Below are positions 1 through 11,100 of a stretch of 28,099 bases of DNA, piece by piece (the stretch's first letter is position 1; each line of letters starts with the position of its first letter). Source of the stretch: Macrostomum lignano (Eukaryota); the NCBI GenBank assembly GCA_002269645.1, contig NIVC01005037.1, forward strand, positions 1 through 28,099, given 5' to 3'. The position numbers and the translations under genes are program-made. The notes under the pieces are model-generated. The model had not been told where the DNA came from. It worked only from the letters and a program-made list of their open reading frames with translations, and did not search any database.

Positions 1-136
1 TTTGCATCAAGTTAACCGCATTCACTAATACAGACACACTTTTAAAAATTTATTGCTGCTTTTTAACAGCTACTGAAAGTAGAATGACAAGAAAAGTTAT
101 GGCTAAAATGCGAGTAAATGAAGCATCCATGTTCTC

Positions 137-1364
137 TATCTCCCAAACCCTTTTTTTCCCCGCTGTCTCCCAACACCCTGTTTCGCCGCTGTCTCCCAAC
201 ACCCTGTTCCCTGCTGTCTCCAACACCCTGCTCCCTGCTGTCTCCCAACAACCCTGTTCCCCGCTGTCTCCCAACACCCTGTTCCCTGCTGTCTCCCAAC
301 ACCCTGTTCCCTGCTGTCTCCCAACACCCTGTTCCCCGCTGTCTCCCAACACCCTGTTCCTGCTGTCTCCCACACACCCTGTTCCCTGCTGTCTCCAACC
401 CGCTGTTCCCTGCTGTCTCCCAACACACCTGTTCCCTGCTGTCTCCCAAACCCTTTTTGTCCCCGCTGTCTCCCAACACCCTGTTCGCCGCTGTCTTCCA
501 ACACCCTGTTCCCTGCTGTCTCCAACACCCTGTTCCCCGCTGTCTCCCAACACCCTGTCCCTGCTGTCTCCCAACACCCTGTCCCTGCTGTCTCCCAACA
601 CCCTGTTCGCTGCTGTCTCCCAACACCCTGTCGCTGCTGTCTCCCAACACCCTGTTCGCTGCTGTCTCCCAACACCCTGTTCCCTGCTGTCTCCCAACAC
701 CCTGTTCGCTGCTGTCTCCCAACACCCTGTTCGCTGCTGTCTCCCACACCCTGTTCCCTGCTGTCTCCCAACACCCTGCTCCCTGCTGTCTCCCAACACC
801 CTGTTCCCTGCTGTCTCCCAACACCCTGTTCCCTGCTGTCTCCCAACACCCTGTTCCCTGCTGTCTCCCAACACCCTGTTCCCTGCTGTCTCCCAACACC
901 CTGTTCGCCGCTGTCTCCCAACACCCTGTTCCTGCTGTCTCCCAACACCCTGTTCCCTGCTGTCTCCCAACACCCTGTTCCCTGCTGTCTCCCAACACCC
1001 TGTTCCCTGCTGTCTCCCAACACCCTGTTCGCTGCTGTCTCCCAACACCCTGTTCGCTGCTGTCTCCCAACACCCTGTTCGCTGCTGTCTCCCAACACCC
1101 TGTTCCCTGCTGTCTCCCAACACCCTGTTCGCTGCTCCCAACACCCTGTTCGCTGTCTCCAACACCCTGTCCCTGCTGTCTCCCAAACCCTTTTTGTTCC
1201 CGCTGTCTCCCAACACCCTGTTCCCGCTGTCTCCCAACACCCTGTTCCCTGCTGTCTCCCAACACCCTGTTCCCTGCTGTCTCCCAACACCCTGTTCCCT
1301 GCTGTCTCCCAACACCCTGTTCGCTGCTGTCTCCCAACACCCTGTTCCCTGCTGTCTCCCAACA
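137..1364. repeat. 25-bp minisatellite, about 49 copies, consensus CCCTGCTGTCTCCCAACACCCTGTT
   Basis: Directly visible tandem array with substitution and indel variants. It explains the five ORFs of 415-437 aa at the window start. Confidence 0.97.
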
Positions 1365-2027
1365 ATCGTTTTCCTGTCCTCAATCCAAAAAGTTTAAATA
1401 TTTTTCAGCTGAGTGACGCCAAGAAATACCCGTTGCTATGCTTCTTATTCTAATCCAAGTATACCGAGAAGAAAGAGTAGAAGATAATAAACAAAGATTT
1501 AACTTCCGCTCCTATCCAAGAAATACAGCCCGGAAGTCAGAGCCGATTTGGCCCCGAGGACTGCATGACACAATAAAACAGGCAATGGAGTAATTAAAAT
1601 TTATTATGTCACACGCCCTAGCCTCTATACCAATGAGATCGATAAGGGAAGTTCTCCCAGTTTTCCGCCAAGACCACGTCAGCGTCAAGGGGGGAGGGGG
1701 GCAAGTCAAGCAGCCGCCCACTGCAACAGGAAGTTTCAGAGAGGACAATTTATCTCTTTTAACGGAATCCGCATTTGGTAGCGAGCATTTGTAGGCTTCC
1801 GGTAAGCGTTTCTTTACTGTCAGCAAGCCCCACCAAGGGCATCTGAAACGCGAGGCCACTTTTGCAAGATCGAGATTTCAGATCGCCTAAAGATTATTTT
1901 TTTCATTTTTCAACGCAGATGCTTTTGGCGTTAACGGAATTCAAAAGTGTATTGACAATTGACATTGTTGACGTTGCGGCGTTATGAAAGTGGATGGTTA
2001 AAACTTTTGGGCGATGTTAAATTTTAT

Positions 2028-2378
2028 GTCTTGTGGAATTTAGGTCTTGTGGAATTTAGGTCTTGTGGAATTTAGGTCTTGTGGAATTTAGGTCTTGTGG
2101 AATTTAGGTCTTGTGGAATTTAGGTCTTGTGGAATTTAGGTCTTGTGGAATTTAGGTCTTGTGGAATTTAGGTCTTGTAGAATTTAGGTCCTGTGAAATT
2201 TAGGTCTTGTGGAATTTAGGTCTTGTAGAATTTAGGTCCTGTGAAATTTAGGTCTTGTGGAATTTAGGTCCTGTGAAATTTAAGTCTGTAAAGCTAAGGT
2301 CCTGGTTTTTGGAAATAAAGGTATTGTGAAATTTAGGTCTTGTGGAATCTAGATCCTGTGAAATTTAGGTCCTGTGAA
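2028..2378. repeat. 16-bp minisatellite, about 22 copies, TAGGTCTTGTGGAATT
   Basis: Near-perfect copies at the 5' side, with degenerate CCTGTGAAAT variants at the 3' side. Confidence 0.96.
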
Positions 2379-3261
2379 AGCGGCCGTTTGAAATACACAA
2401 ACGTACATTATGCCCAATCAAAACTAACGCAGTTTGTTAGACTTTCACACAGTTTTTGTCATTTTTGCTAAAACTACTCGTATCATAACTTCGATTCTCC
2501 AAACTCGTCTTTCTAGTAAAAATTTGATACAGAAACTACCGGGCCCTGCTAATCTGTGAATTGATTTTTGTGTCAGCCTCAATTGGTCCGTTCGAATGTG
2601 TGGGTTTTGGAGATGGAGTTTGGCAATACCAGATCTTAGTTTTAGAAATCCTTGGCTTGGAGTCATAATGCTAGTAGCTTATAACAAACCCAGATATTAA
2701 GAAATGACGCCGACACCCGCCTAATCTGCCTGTTCCACTAAAAAGCTGCATGTATGAAAATGGGGCTCTAGGAAAAACTCACCACTACCTTTCTGGTTTT
2801 TTGACGGTGGCGGGGAGGGGGCTGCTTCCAAACCACCCGGAAGCTTGAGCACTCCGATTCGTATAACCTCGGGAGTATAAACTCGGGCTGCTAAAATCCC
2901 CTGCATGAGCTGAGAGAGAATGTCTCATTTCTGCTCCAAGGTAGTTGGCCGCATTGGCTTGCTTTGATTGCTGCTCTTGAGAGCCCCGGCTCCGGCGCCT
3001 GCTTTTCCTCTTCTTTTGTCAGCTTTTTGTTTCTAAAGCTTGGAAAGCAGCCAGACGAGGCTCTGGAGAAGCGATCAAAGCCAGGCCGGGCCGCAGGCTG
3101 CGTTACCGAGGAGGGTGAGTGGCCCCTGACCCTGGTGGACTGCTGACTAGCCCACAAGCCAGCTGATGGCAGCACCGAGAGCCGAGCTAGCAATTCCTTA
3201 CGATTCTCGATCCTCTATGCTAAACTGGCAATAAACCATTCGGTTTTTAAACTCCCAGCAC

Positions 3262-6200
3262 ATAGATTAGCAATCCATCTAAGATCCCAATCATCAAAGC
3301 TAGTCTAGCAATCCATTTGAGTCCTCAATCATTGAAGCTAGACTAGCAATCCATTTGAGTCCTCAATCATGGAAGCTAGATTAGCAATCCATTTGAGTCC
3401 TCAATCATCGAAGCTAGACTAGCAATCCATTTGAGTCCTCAATCATCTAATCTAGACTAGCAATCCATTTGAGTCCTCAATCATGGAAGCTAGACTAGCA
3501 ATACATTTGAGTCCTCAATCATCTATGCTAGACTAGCAATACATTTGAGTCCTCAATCATGGAACCTAGACTAGCAATCCATTTGAGTCCTCAATCATGG
3601 AACCTAGACTAGCAATCCATTTGAGTCCTCAATCATCTATGCTAGACTAGCAATACATTTGAGTCCTCAATCATCTATGCTAGACTAGCAATACATTTGA
3701 GTCCTCAATCATCTATGCTAGACTAGCAATACATTTGAGTCCTCAATCATCTATGCTAGACTAGCAATCCATTTGAGTCCTCAATCATCTATGCTAGACT
3801 AGAAATACATTTGAGTCCTCAATCATCTATGCTAGACTAGCAATCCATTTGAGTCCTCAATCATCTATGCTAGACTAGCAATCCATTTGAGTCCTCAATC
3901 ATGGAAGCTAGACTAGTAATCCATTTGAGTCCTCAATCATCTAATCTAGACTAGCAATCCATTTGAGTCCTCAATCATGGAAGCTAGACTAGCAATCCAT
4001 TTGAGTCCTCAATCATGGAAGCTAGACTAGCAATCAATTTGAGTCCTCAATCATGAAAGCTAGACTAGCAATCCATTTGAGTCCTCAATCATCTATGCTA
4101 GACTAGCAATCCATTTGAGTCCTCAATCATCTATGCTAGACTAGCAATCCATTTGAGTCCTCAATCATCTATGCTAGACTAGCAATCCATTTGAGTCCTC
4201 AATCATCTATGCTAGACTAGCAATCCATTTGAGTCCTCAATCATGGAAGCTAGACTAGCAATCCATTTGAGTCCTCAATCATCTATGCTAGACTAGCAAT
4301 CCATTTGAGTCCTCAATCATGGAAGCTAGACTAGCAATACATTTGAGTCCTCAATCATTGAAGCTAGACTAGTAATCCATTTGAGTCCTCAATCATCTAT
4401 GCTAGACTAGCAATACATTTGAGTCCTCAATCATCTATGCTAGACTAGCAATCCATTTGAGTCCTCAATCATCTATGCTAGACTAGCAATCCATTTGAGT
4501 CCTCAATCATCTATGCTAGACTAGCAATCCATTTGAGTCCTCAATCATCTATGCTAGACTAGCAATCCATTTGAGTCCTCAATCATCTATGCTAGACTAG
4601 CAATCCATTTGAGTCCTCAATCATCTATGCTAGACTAGCAATCCATTTGAGTCCTCAATCATCTATGCTAGACTAGCAATCCATTTGAGTCCTCAATCAT
4701 CTATGCTAGACTAGCAATCCATTTGAGTCCTCAATCATCTATGCTAGACTAGCAATCCATATGAGTCCTCAATCATCTATGCTAGACTAGCAATACATTT
4801 GAGTCCTCAATCATCTATGCTAGACTAGCAATCCATTTGAGTCCTCAATCATCTATGCGAGACTAGCAATCCATTTGAGTCCTCAATCATCTATGCTAGA
4901 CTAGCAATACATTTGAGTCCTCAATCATCTATGCTAGACTAGCAATCCATTTGAGTCCTCAATCATCTATGCTAGACTAGCAATCCATTTGAGTCCTCAA
5001 TCATGGAAGCTAGACTAGCAATCCATTTGAGTCCTGAATCATCTATGCTAGACTAGCAATCCATTTGAGTCCTCAATCATCTATGCTAGACTAGCAATCC
5101 ATTTGAGTCTTCAATCATGGAACCTAGACTAGCAATCCATTTGAGTCCTCAATCATGGAACCTAGACTAGTAATCCATATGAGTCCTCAATCATCTATGC
5201 TAGACTAGCAATACATTTGAGTCCTCAATCATCTATGCTAGACTAGCAATCCATTTGAGTCCTCAATCATCTATGCTAGACTAGCAATCCATTTGAGTCC
5301 TCAATCATCTATGCTAGACTAGCAATCCATTTGAGTCCTCAATCATCTATGCTAGACTAGCAATCCATTTGAGTCCTCAATCATCTATGCTAGACTAGCA
5401 ATCCATTTGAGTCCTCAATCATCTATGCTAGACTAGCAATCCATTTGAGTCCTCAATCATCTATGCTAGACTAGCAATCCATTTGAGTCCTCAATCATGG
5501 AAGCTAGACTAGCAATCCATTTGAGTCCTCAATCATCTATGCTAGACTAGCAATCCATTTGAGTCCTCAATCATCTATGCTAGACTAGCAATCCATTTGA
5601 GTCCTCAATCATGGAAGCTAGACTAGCAATCCATTTGAGTCCTCAATCATCTATGCTAGACTAGCAATCCATATGAGTCCTCAATCATCTATGCTAGACT
5701 AGCAATCCATTTGAGTCCTCAATCATGGAACCTAGACTAGCAATCCATTTGAGTCCTCAATCATGGAACCTAGACTAGTAATCCATATGAGTCCTCAATC
5801 ATCTATGCTAGACTAGCAATACATTTGAGTCCTCAATCATCTATGCTAGACTAGCAATACATTTGAGTCCTCAATCATCTATGCTAGACTAGCAATACAT
5901 TTGAGTCCTCAATCATGGAAGCTAGACTAGCAATCCATTTGAGTCCTCAATCATCTATGCTAGACTAGCAATCCATTTGAGTCCTCAATCATCTATGCTA
6001 GACTAGCAATCCATTTGAGTCCTCAATCATCTATGCTAGACTAGCAATCCATTTGAGTCCTGAATCATCTATGCTAGACTAGCAATCCATTTGAGTCCTG
6101 AATCATCTATGCTAGACTAGCAATCCATTTGAGTCCTCAATCATGGAAGCTAACTAGCAATCCATTTGAGTCCTCAATCATCTATGCTAGACTAGCAATC

Positions 6201-7455
6201 CATTTGAGTCCTCAATCATGGAAGCTAGACTAGCAATCCATTTGAGTCCTCAATCATCTATGCTAGACTAGCAATCCATTTGAGTCCTCAATCATCTATG
6301 CTAGACTAGCAATCCATTTGAGTCCTCAATCATGGAAGCTAGACTAGCAATCCATTTGAGTCCTCAATCATCTATGCTAGACTAGCAATCCATTTGAGTC
6401 CTCAATCATCTATGCTAGACTAGCAATACATTTGAGTCCTCAATCATTGAAGCTAGACTAGTAATCCATTTGAGTCCTCAATCATCTATGCTAGACTAGC
6501 AATCCATTTGAGTCCTCAATCATCTATGCTAGACTAGCAATCCATTTGAGTCCTCAATCATCTATGCTAGACTAGCAATCCATTTGAGTCCTCAATCATC
6601 TATGCTAGACTAGCAATCCATTTGAGTCCTCAATCATGGAAGCTAGACTAGCAATCCATATGAGTCCTCAATCATCTATGCTAGACTAGCAATCCATTTG
6701 AGTCCTCAATCATCTATGCTAGACTAGCAATCCATATGAGTCCTCAATCATGGAAGCTAGACTAGCAATCCATTGAGTCCTCAATCATCTATGCTAGACT
6801 AGCAATCCATTTGAGTCCTCAATCATCTATGCTAGACTAGCAATCCATTTGAGTCCTCAATCATCTATGCTAGACTAGCAATCCATTTGAGTCCTCAATC
6901 ATCTATGCTAGACTAGCAATCCATATGAGTCCTCAATCATCTATGCTAGACTAGCAATCCATTGAGTCCTCAATCATCTATGCTAGACTAGCAATCATTT
7001 GAGTCCTCAATCATCTATGCTAGACTAGCAATCCATTGAGTCCTCAATCATCTATGCTAGACTAGCAATCCATTTGAGTCCTCAATCATCTATGCTAGAC
7101 TAGCAATCCATTTGAGTCCTGAATCATGGAAGCTAGACTAGCAATCCATTTGAGTCCTGAATCATGGAAGCTAGACTAGCAATCCATTTGAGTCCTGAAT
7201 CATGGAACTAGACTAGCAATCCATTTGAGTCCTTAATCATGGAAGCTAGACTAGCAATCCATTTGAGTCCTTAATCATGGAACCTAGACTAGCAATCCAT
7301 TTGAGTCCTGAATCATGGAACCTAGACTAGCAATCCATTTGAGTCCTGAATCATGGAAGCTAGACTAGCAATCCATTTGAGTCCTGAATCATGGAAGCTA
7401 GACTAGCAATCCATTTGAGTCCTGGAATCATAAGCTAGACTAGCAATCCATTTAA
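3262..7455. repeat. 38-bp satellite array, about 110 copies, CTAGACTAGCAATCCATTTGAGTCCTCAATCATCTATG
   Basis: Period checked (CAATCC at 3841 and 3879). The main variants swap CTAT for GGAA. Confidence 0.98.
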
Positions 7456-7828
7456 GATCATAGCTAGCAATTTACTGTAATGTAGTGTTTTTTAATATTG
7501 AAATAATACCGGAAAATTGATTAAATAAAGTTTTACAGATTTTTTAAATGTTTTACATCGCATTTCAGTAAATAAAAACGGTCAGTTAAATTTTGAATAC
7601 TGTACATTCAGCCTTGATTGCCTAAACCAACTGTTTGATTTTTAATCGTTCAAGAGAAACAAAACTTCTTCGCTGATAAGATACGAGTATCGCCAAAATG
7701 TTCAACAGATAATTAGCTCTATGCACCCACAGCGCTGCTGGGTGCTGTTAAAAGGGGGTCACACGCGTGCGTACAATTCTAGATGTACATTCTTGCCTAG
7801 AAAAACAGACCTGGCTCGGCTCATACAG

Positions 7829-7834
7829 TATAAA
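7829..7834 (+). promoter_or_regulatory. Possible TATA box for the SPL-like gene
   Basis: TATAAA about 60 nt upstream of the ATG, at the end of an AT-rich unique stretch. Motif only, no TSS data. Confidence 0.25.
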
Positions 7835-7890
7835 CGCTAGCTCGAGGGCCCAGTCCAGAGCAGCTTGGGTAGAAGAGAACTCGGTCCATT

Positions 7891-8140
7891 ATGAGCAGCC
7901 TAGCAGTTCTAGCAGCTCTAGTGGAGCTGGCAGTGAAAGCGGCGGCCACGCTGCTGTTTCTACTCGCTGCCGTGCGAGTCTGGTATGACGGCCCGCTGGC
8001 CTTCCTGCTGGACACCCTGCGACGGGTGCCCGCTGTGCGGAGGGCCATCACGGCCAGCCTGCGGCACCAGGCCGGTCGCGTCATCGCCGACGATCTGAAA
8101 ATCAGCGCCGGCTCACCGCCGGTGGCAATTCCGGACAAGG
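7891..8140 (+). CDS. SGPL1: SPL-like exon 1 (membrane anchor, ends PDK-G, phase 1)
   Basis: ATG at 7891. [29 protein letters not shown] is hydrophobic. The exon ends at AAGG|GCGAGG (GC donor). Confidence 0.8.
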
Positions 8141-11100
8141 GCGAGGGGGGCGCCCCGATGAGCGGCCTGGGGGAGTTTTCCTCCCCAGCTCTGTGTTCCC
8201 TTCATACTCAAGGGAGATCGTACTCTCTTCCCCTCTCTTCTCCTCTCCTCTCCTCTCCTCTCCTCTCCTTTCCTCTACTATCCTATCCTCTCCTCTCCTC
8301 TCCTTTCCTCTACTATCCTATCCTCTCTTCTCCTCTCCTCTCCTCTCCTCTCCTTTCCTCTACTATCCTATCCTCTCCTCTCCTCTCCTCTCCTCTCCTC
8401 TCCTCTCCTCTCCTCTCCTCTCCTCTCCTCTCTTCTCCTCTCCTCTCCTCTCTTCTCCTTTCCTCTACTATCCTATCCTCTCCTCTCCTCTCCTCTCCTC
8501 TCTCCTCTCCTCTCCTCTCCTCTCCTCTCCTCTCTTCTCCTCTCCTCTCCTCTCCTCTCCTCTCCTCTCCTCTCCTCTCCTCTCCTCTCCTCTCCTCTCC
8601 TCTCTCTCCTCTCCTCTCCTCTCCTCTCCTCTCCTCTCCTCTCCTCTCCTTTCCTCTACTATCCTATCCTCTCCGCTCCTCTCCTCTCCTCTCCTCTCCT
8701 CTCCTCTCCTCTCCTCTCCTCTCCTCTCCTCTCCTCTCCTCTCCTCTCCTCTCCTCTCCTCTCCTCTCCTCTCCTCTCCTCTCCTCTCCTCTCCTCTCCT
8801 CTCCTCTCCTCTCTTCTCCTCTCCTCTCCTCTCTTCTCCTTTCCTCTACTATCCTCTCCTCTCCTCTCCTCTCCTCTCCTCTCCTCTCCTCTCCTCTCCT
8901 CTCCTCTCTTCTCCTCTCCTCTCTTCTCCTCTCCTCTCCTCTCCTCTCCTCTCCTCTCCTCTCCTCTCCTCTCCTCTCCTCTCCTCTCCTCTCCTCTCCT
9001 CTCCTCTCCTCTCCTCTCTTCTCCTTTCCTCTCCTCTCCTATCCTCTCCTCTCCTCTCCTCTCCTCTCCTCTCCTCTCCTCTCCTCTCCTCTCCTCTCCT
9101 CTCTTCTCCTCTCCTCTCTTCTCCTCTCCTCTCCTCTCCTCTCCTCTCCTCTCTTCTCCTCTCCTCTCCTCTCCTCTCCTCTCCTCTCCTCTCCTCTCTT
9201 CTCCTTTCCTCTCCTCTCTCCTCCCTCTCCTCTCCTCTCCACTCCTCTCCTCTCCTCTCCTCTCCTCTCCTCTCCTCTCTTCTCCTATCCTCTCCTCTCC
9301 TCTCCTCTCCTCTCCTTTCCTCTCCTCTCTTCTCCTCTCCTCTCCTCTCCTCTCCTCTCCTCTCCTCTCCTCTCCTCTCCTCTCCTCTCTCTCCTCTCCT
9401 CTCCTCTCCTCTCCTCTCCTCTCCTCTCCTCTCCTCTCCTCTCCTCTCCTCTCCTCTCCTCTCCTCTCCTCTCCTCTCCTTTCCTCTCCTCTCCTTTCCT
9501 CTCCTCTCTTCTCCTTTCTTCTACTATCCTATCCTCTCCTCTCCTCTCCTCTCCTCTCCTCTCCTTTCCTCTCCTCTCTTCTCCTCTCCTCTCCTCTCCT
9601 TTCCTCTCCTCTCCTCTCCTCTCCTCTCCTCTCCTCTCCTCTCTTCTCCTCTCCTCTCCTCTCCTCTCCCTTCTCTCTCCTCTCCTCTCCTTCTCTCTCC
9701 TCTCCTCTCCTTCTCTCTCCTCTCTCTCTCCTCTCCTCTTCGCTTCTTTCCTCTCTACCCTAACCAACCCTATGCAACATCCCCTCACACCAGGCGAAGA
9801 CCCGCAGCAGCTTCTCGAACAGATTGAGACGCTTCGCACGCACAAAACCGACCAGATGTTTGCCTACGTGTATTCGGAAGCCGCAGAGGTCCTTGGCCAC
9901 GCTCTGGCCAAAGCGCAAGAGCGGGCGGCGCTTGATTTCGTTTCTAACGACGCTTCGGAGCTCGGTGGAGGCTTGTCAGCCGAGCAGCGCCACCTGGTGG
10001 CCGAGTACATGCGGGCGTTTATGCACGAGAATGCGCTCAATCCGACCTTGTTCGCCGCGCTGCGCCGATTCGAAGTCGAACTCGTCCAGATGACCGCCGC
10101 CATGCTGAACGCTGGTCCGGCCGCTCGGGGTAACGTCACCTCGGGCGGCACCGAGAGCGTCCTGATGGCCGTAAAGACCTACAGGGATCTCGCCAGGGCG
10201 CGGAAGCCCGGCAGTGGTGGCACGCCAAATATTGTGAGCAATTTTTGTGGGGATGGAGAAGTTTATAACCCGCACTGCCTATGTCCAACACTGTCTATTA
10301 GCCACACTGTCTATGAGCCACACTGTCTATGACCCACACAATCTATGACCAACAATGTCTATGACCCACACTATGACCCACACTGTCTATGACCCACACT
10401 GTCTATGACCCACACTGTCTATGACCCACACTGTCTATGACCCACACTGTCTATGACCCACACTGTCTATGACCCACACTGTCTATGACCCACACTGTCT
10501 ATGACCAACACTGCCTATGCCAACACTGTCTATGACCCACACTATGACCCACACTGTCTATGACCAACACTGTCTATGACCCACACTGTCTATGACCCAC
10601 ACTGTTTATGACCCACACTGTCTATGACCAACACTGTCTATGACCCACACTGTCTATGACCAACATTGTCTATGACTTACAATTTCTGACCAACACTGTC
10701 TATGACCCACACTGTCTATGACCCACACATTCTATGACCAACAATGTCTATGACCCACACTATGACCCACACTGTCTATGACCCGCACTGTCTATGACCC
10801 ACACTGTCTATGACCCACACTGTCTATGACCAACACTGTCTATGACCCACACTGTCTATGACCAACATTGTCTATGACTTACAATTTCTGACCAACACTG
10901 TCTATGACCCACACTGTCTATGACCCACACATTCTATGACCAACAATGTCTATGATCCACACTATGACCCACACTGTCTATGACCCGCACTGTCTATGAC
11001 CCACACTGTCTATGACCCACACTGTCTATGACCCACACATTCTATGACCAACACTGTCTATAACCCACACTGTCTATGACCCACACTGTCTATGACCCAC

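Noticed and set aside
50-1416. Five overlapping ORFs of 415-437 aa
   Set aside because: These are translations of a stop-free 25-bp repeat on both strands, with frame-shifting indels and no non-repetitive coding context.
2028-2378. Telomere-like repeat (contains TTTAGG) or a TIR element bounded by GTGTATT (1947) and AATACAC (2398)
   Set aside because: The unit is 16 bp rather than a telomeric 5-7-mer. The inverted match is only 7 bp with no clear TSD.
3262-7455. CRISPR-like array (38-bp repeats)
   Set aside because: The repeats are head-to-tail with no unique spacers, there are no cas genes, and the context is eukaryotic.
7891-10332. 813-aa ORF taken as a single-exon Ser/Pro/Leu-rich protein
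   Set aside because: It reads through intron 1 and into intron 2. The real product is the spliced SPL-like protein.
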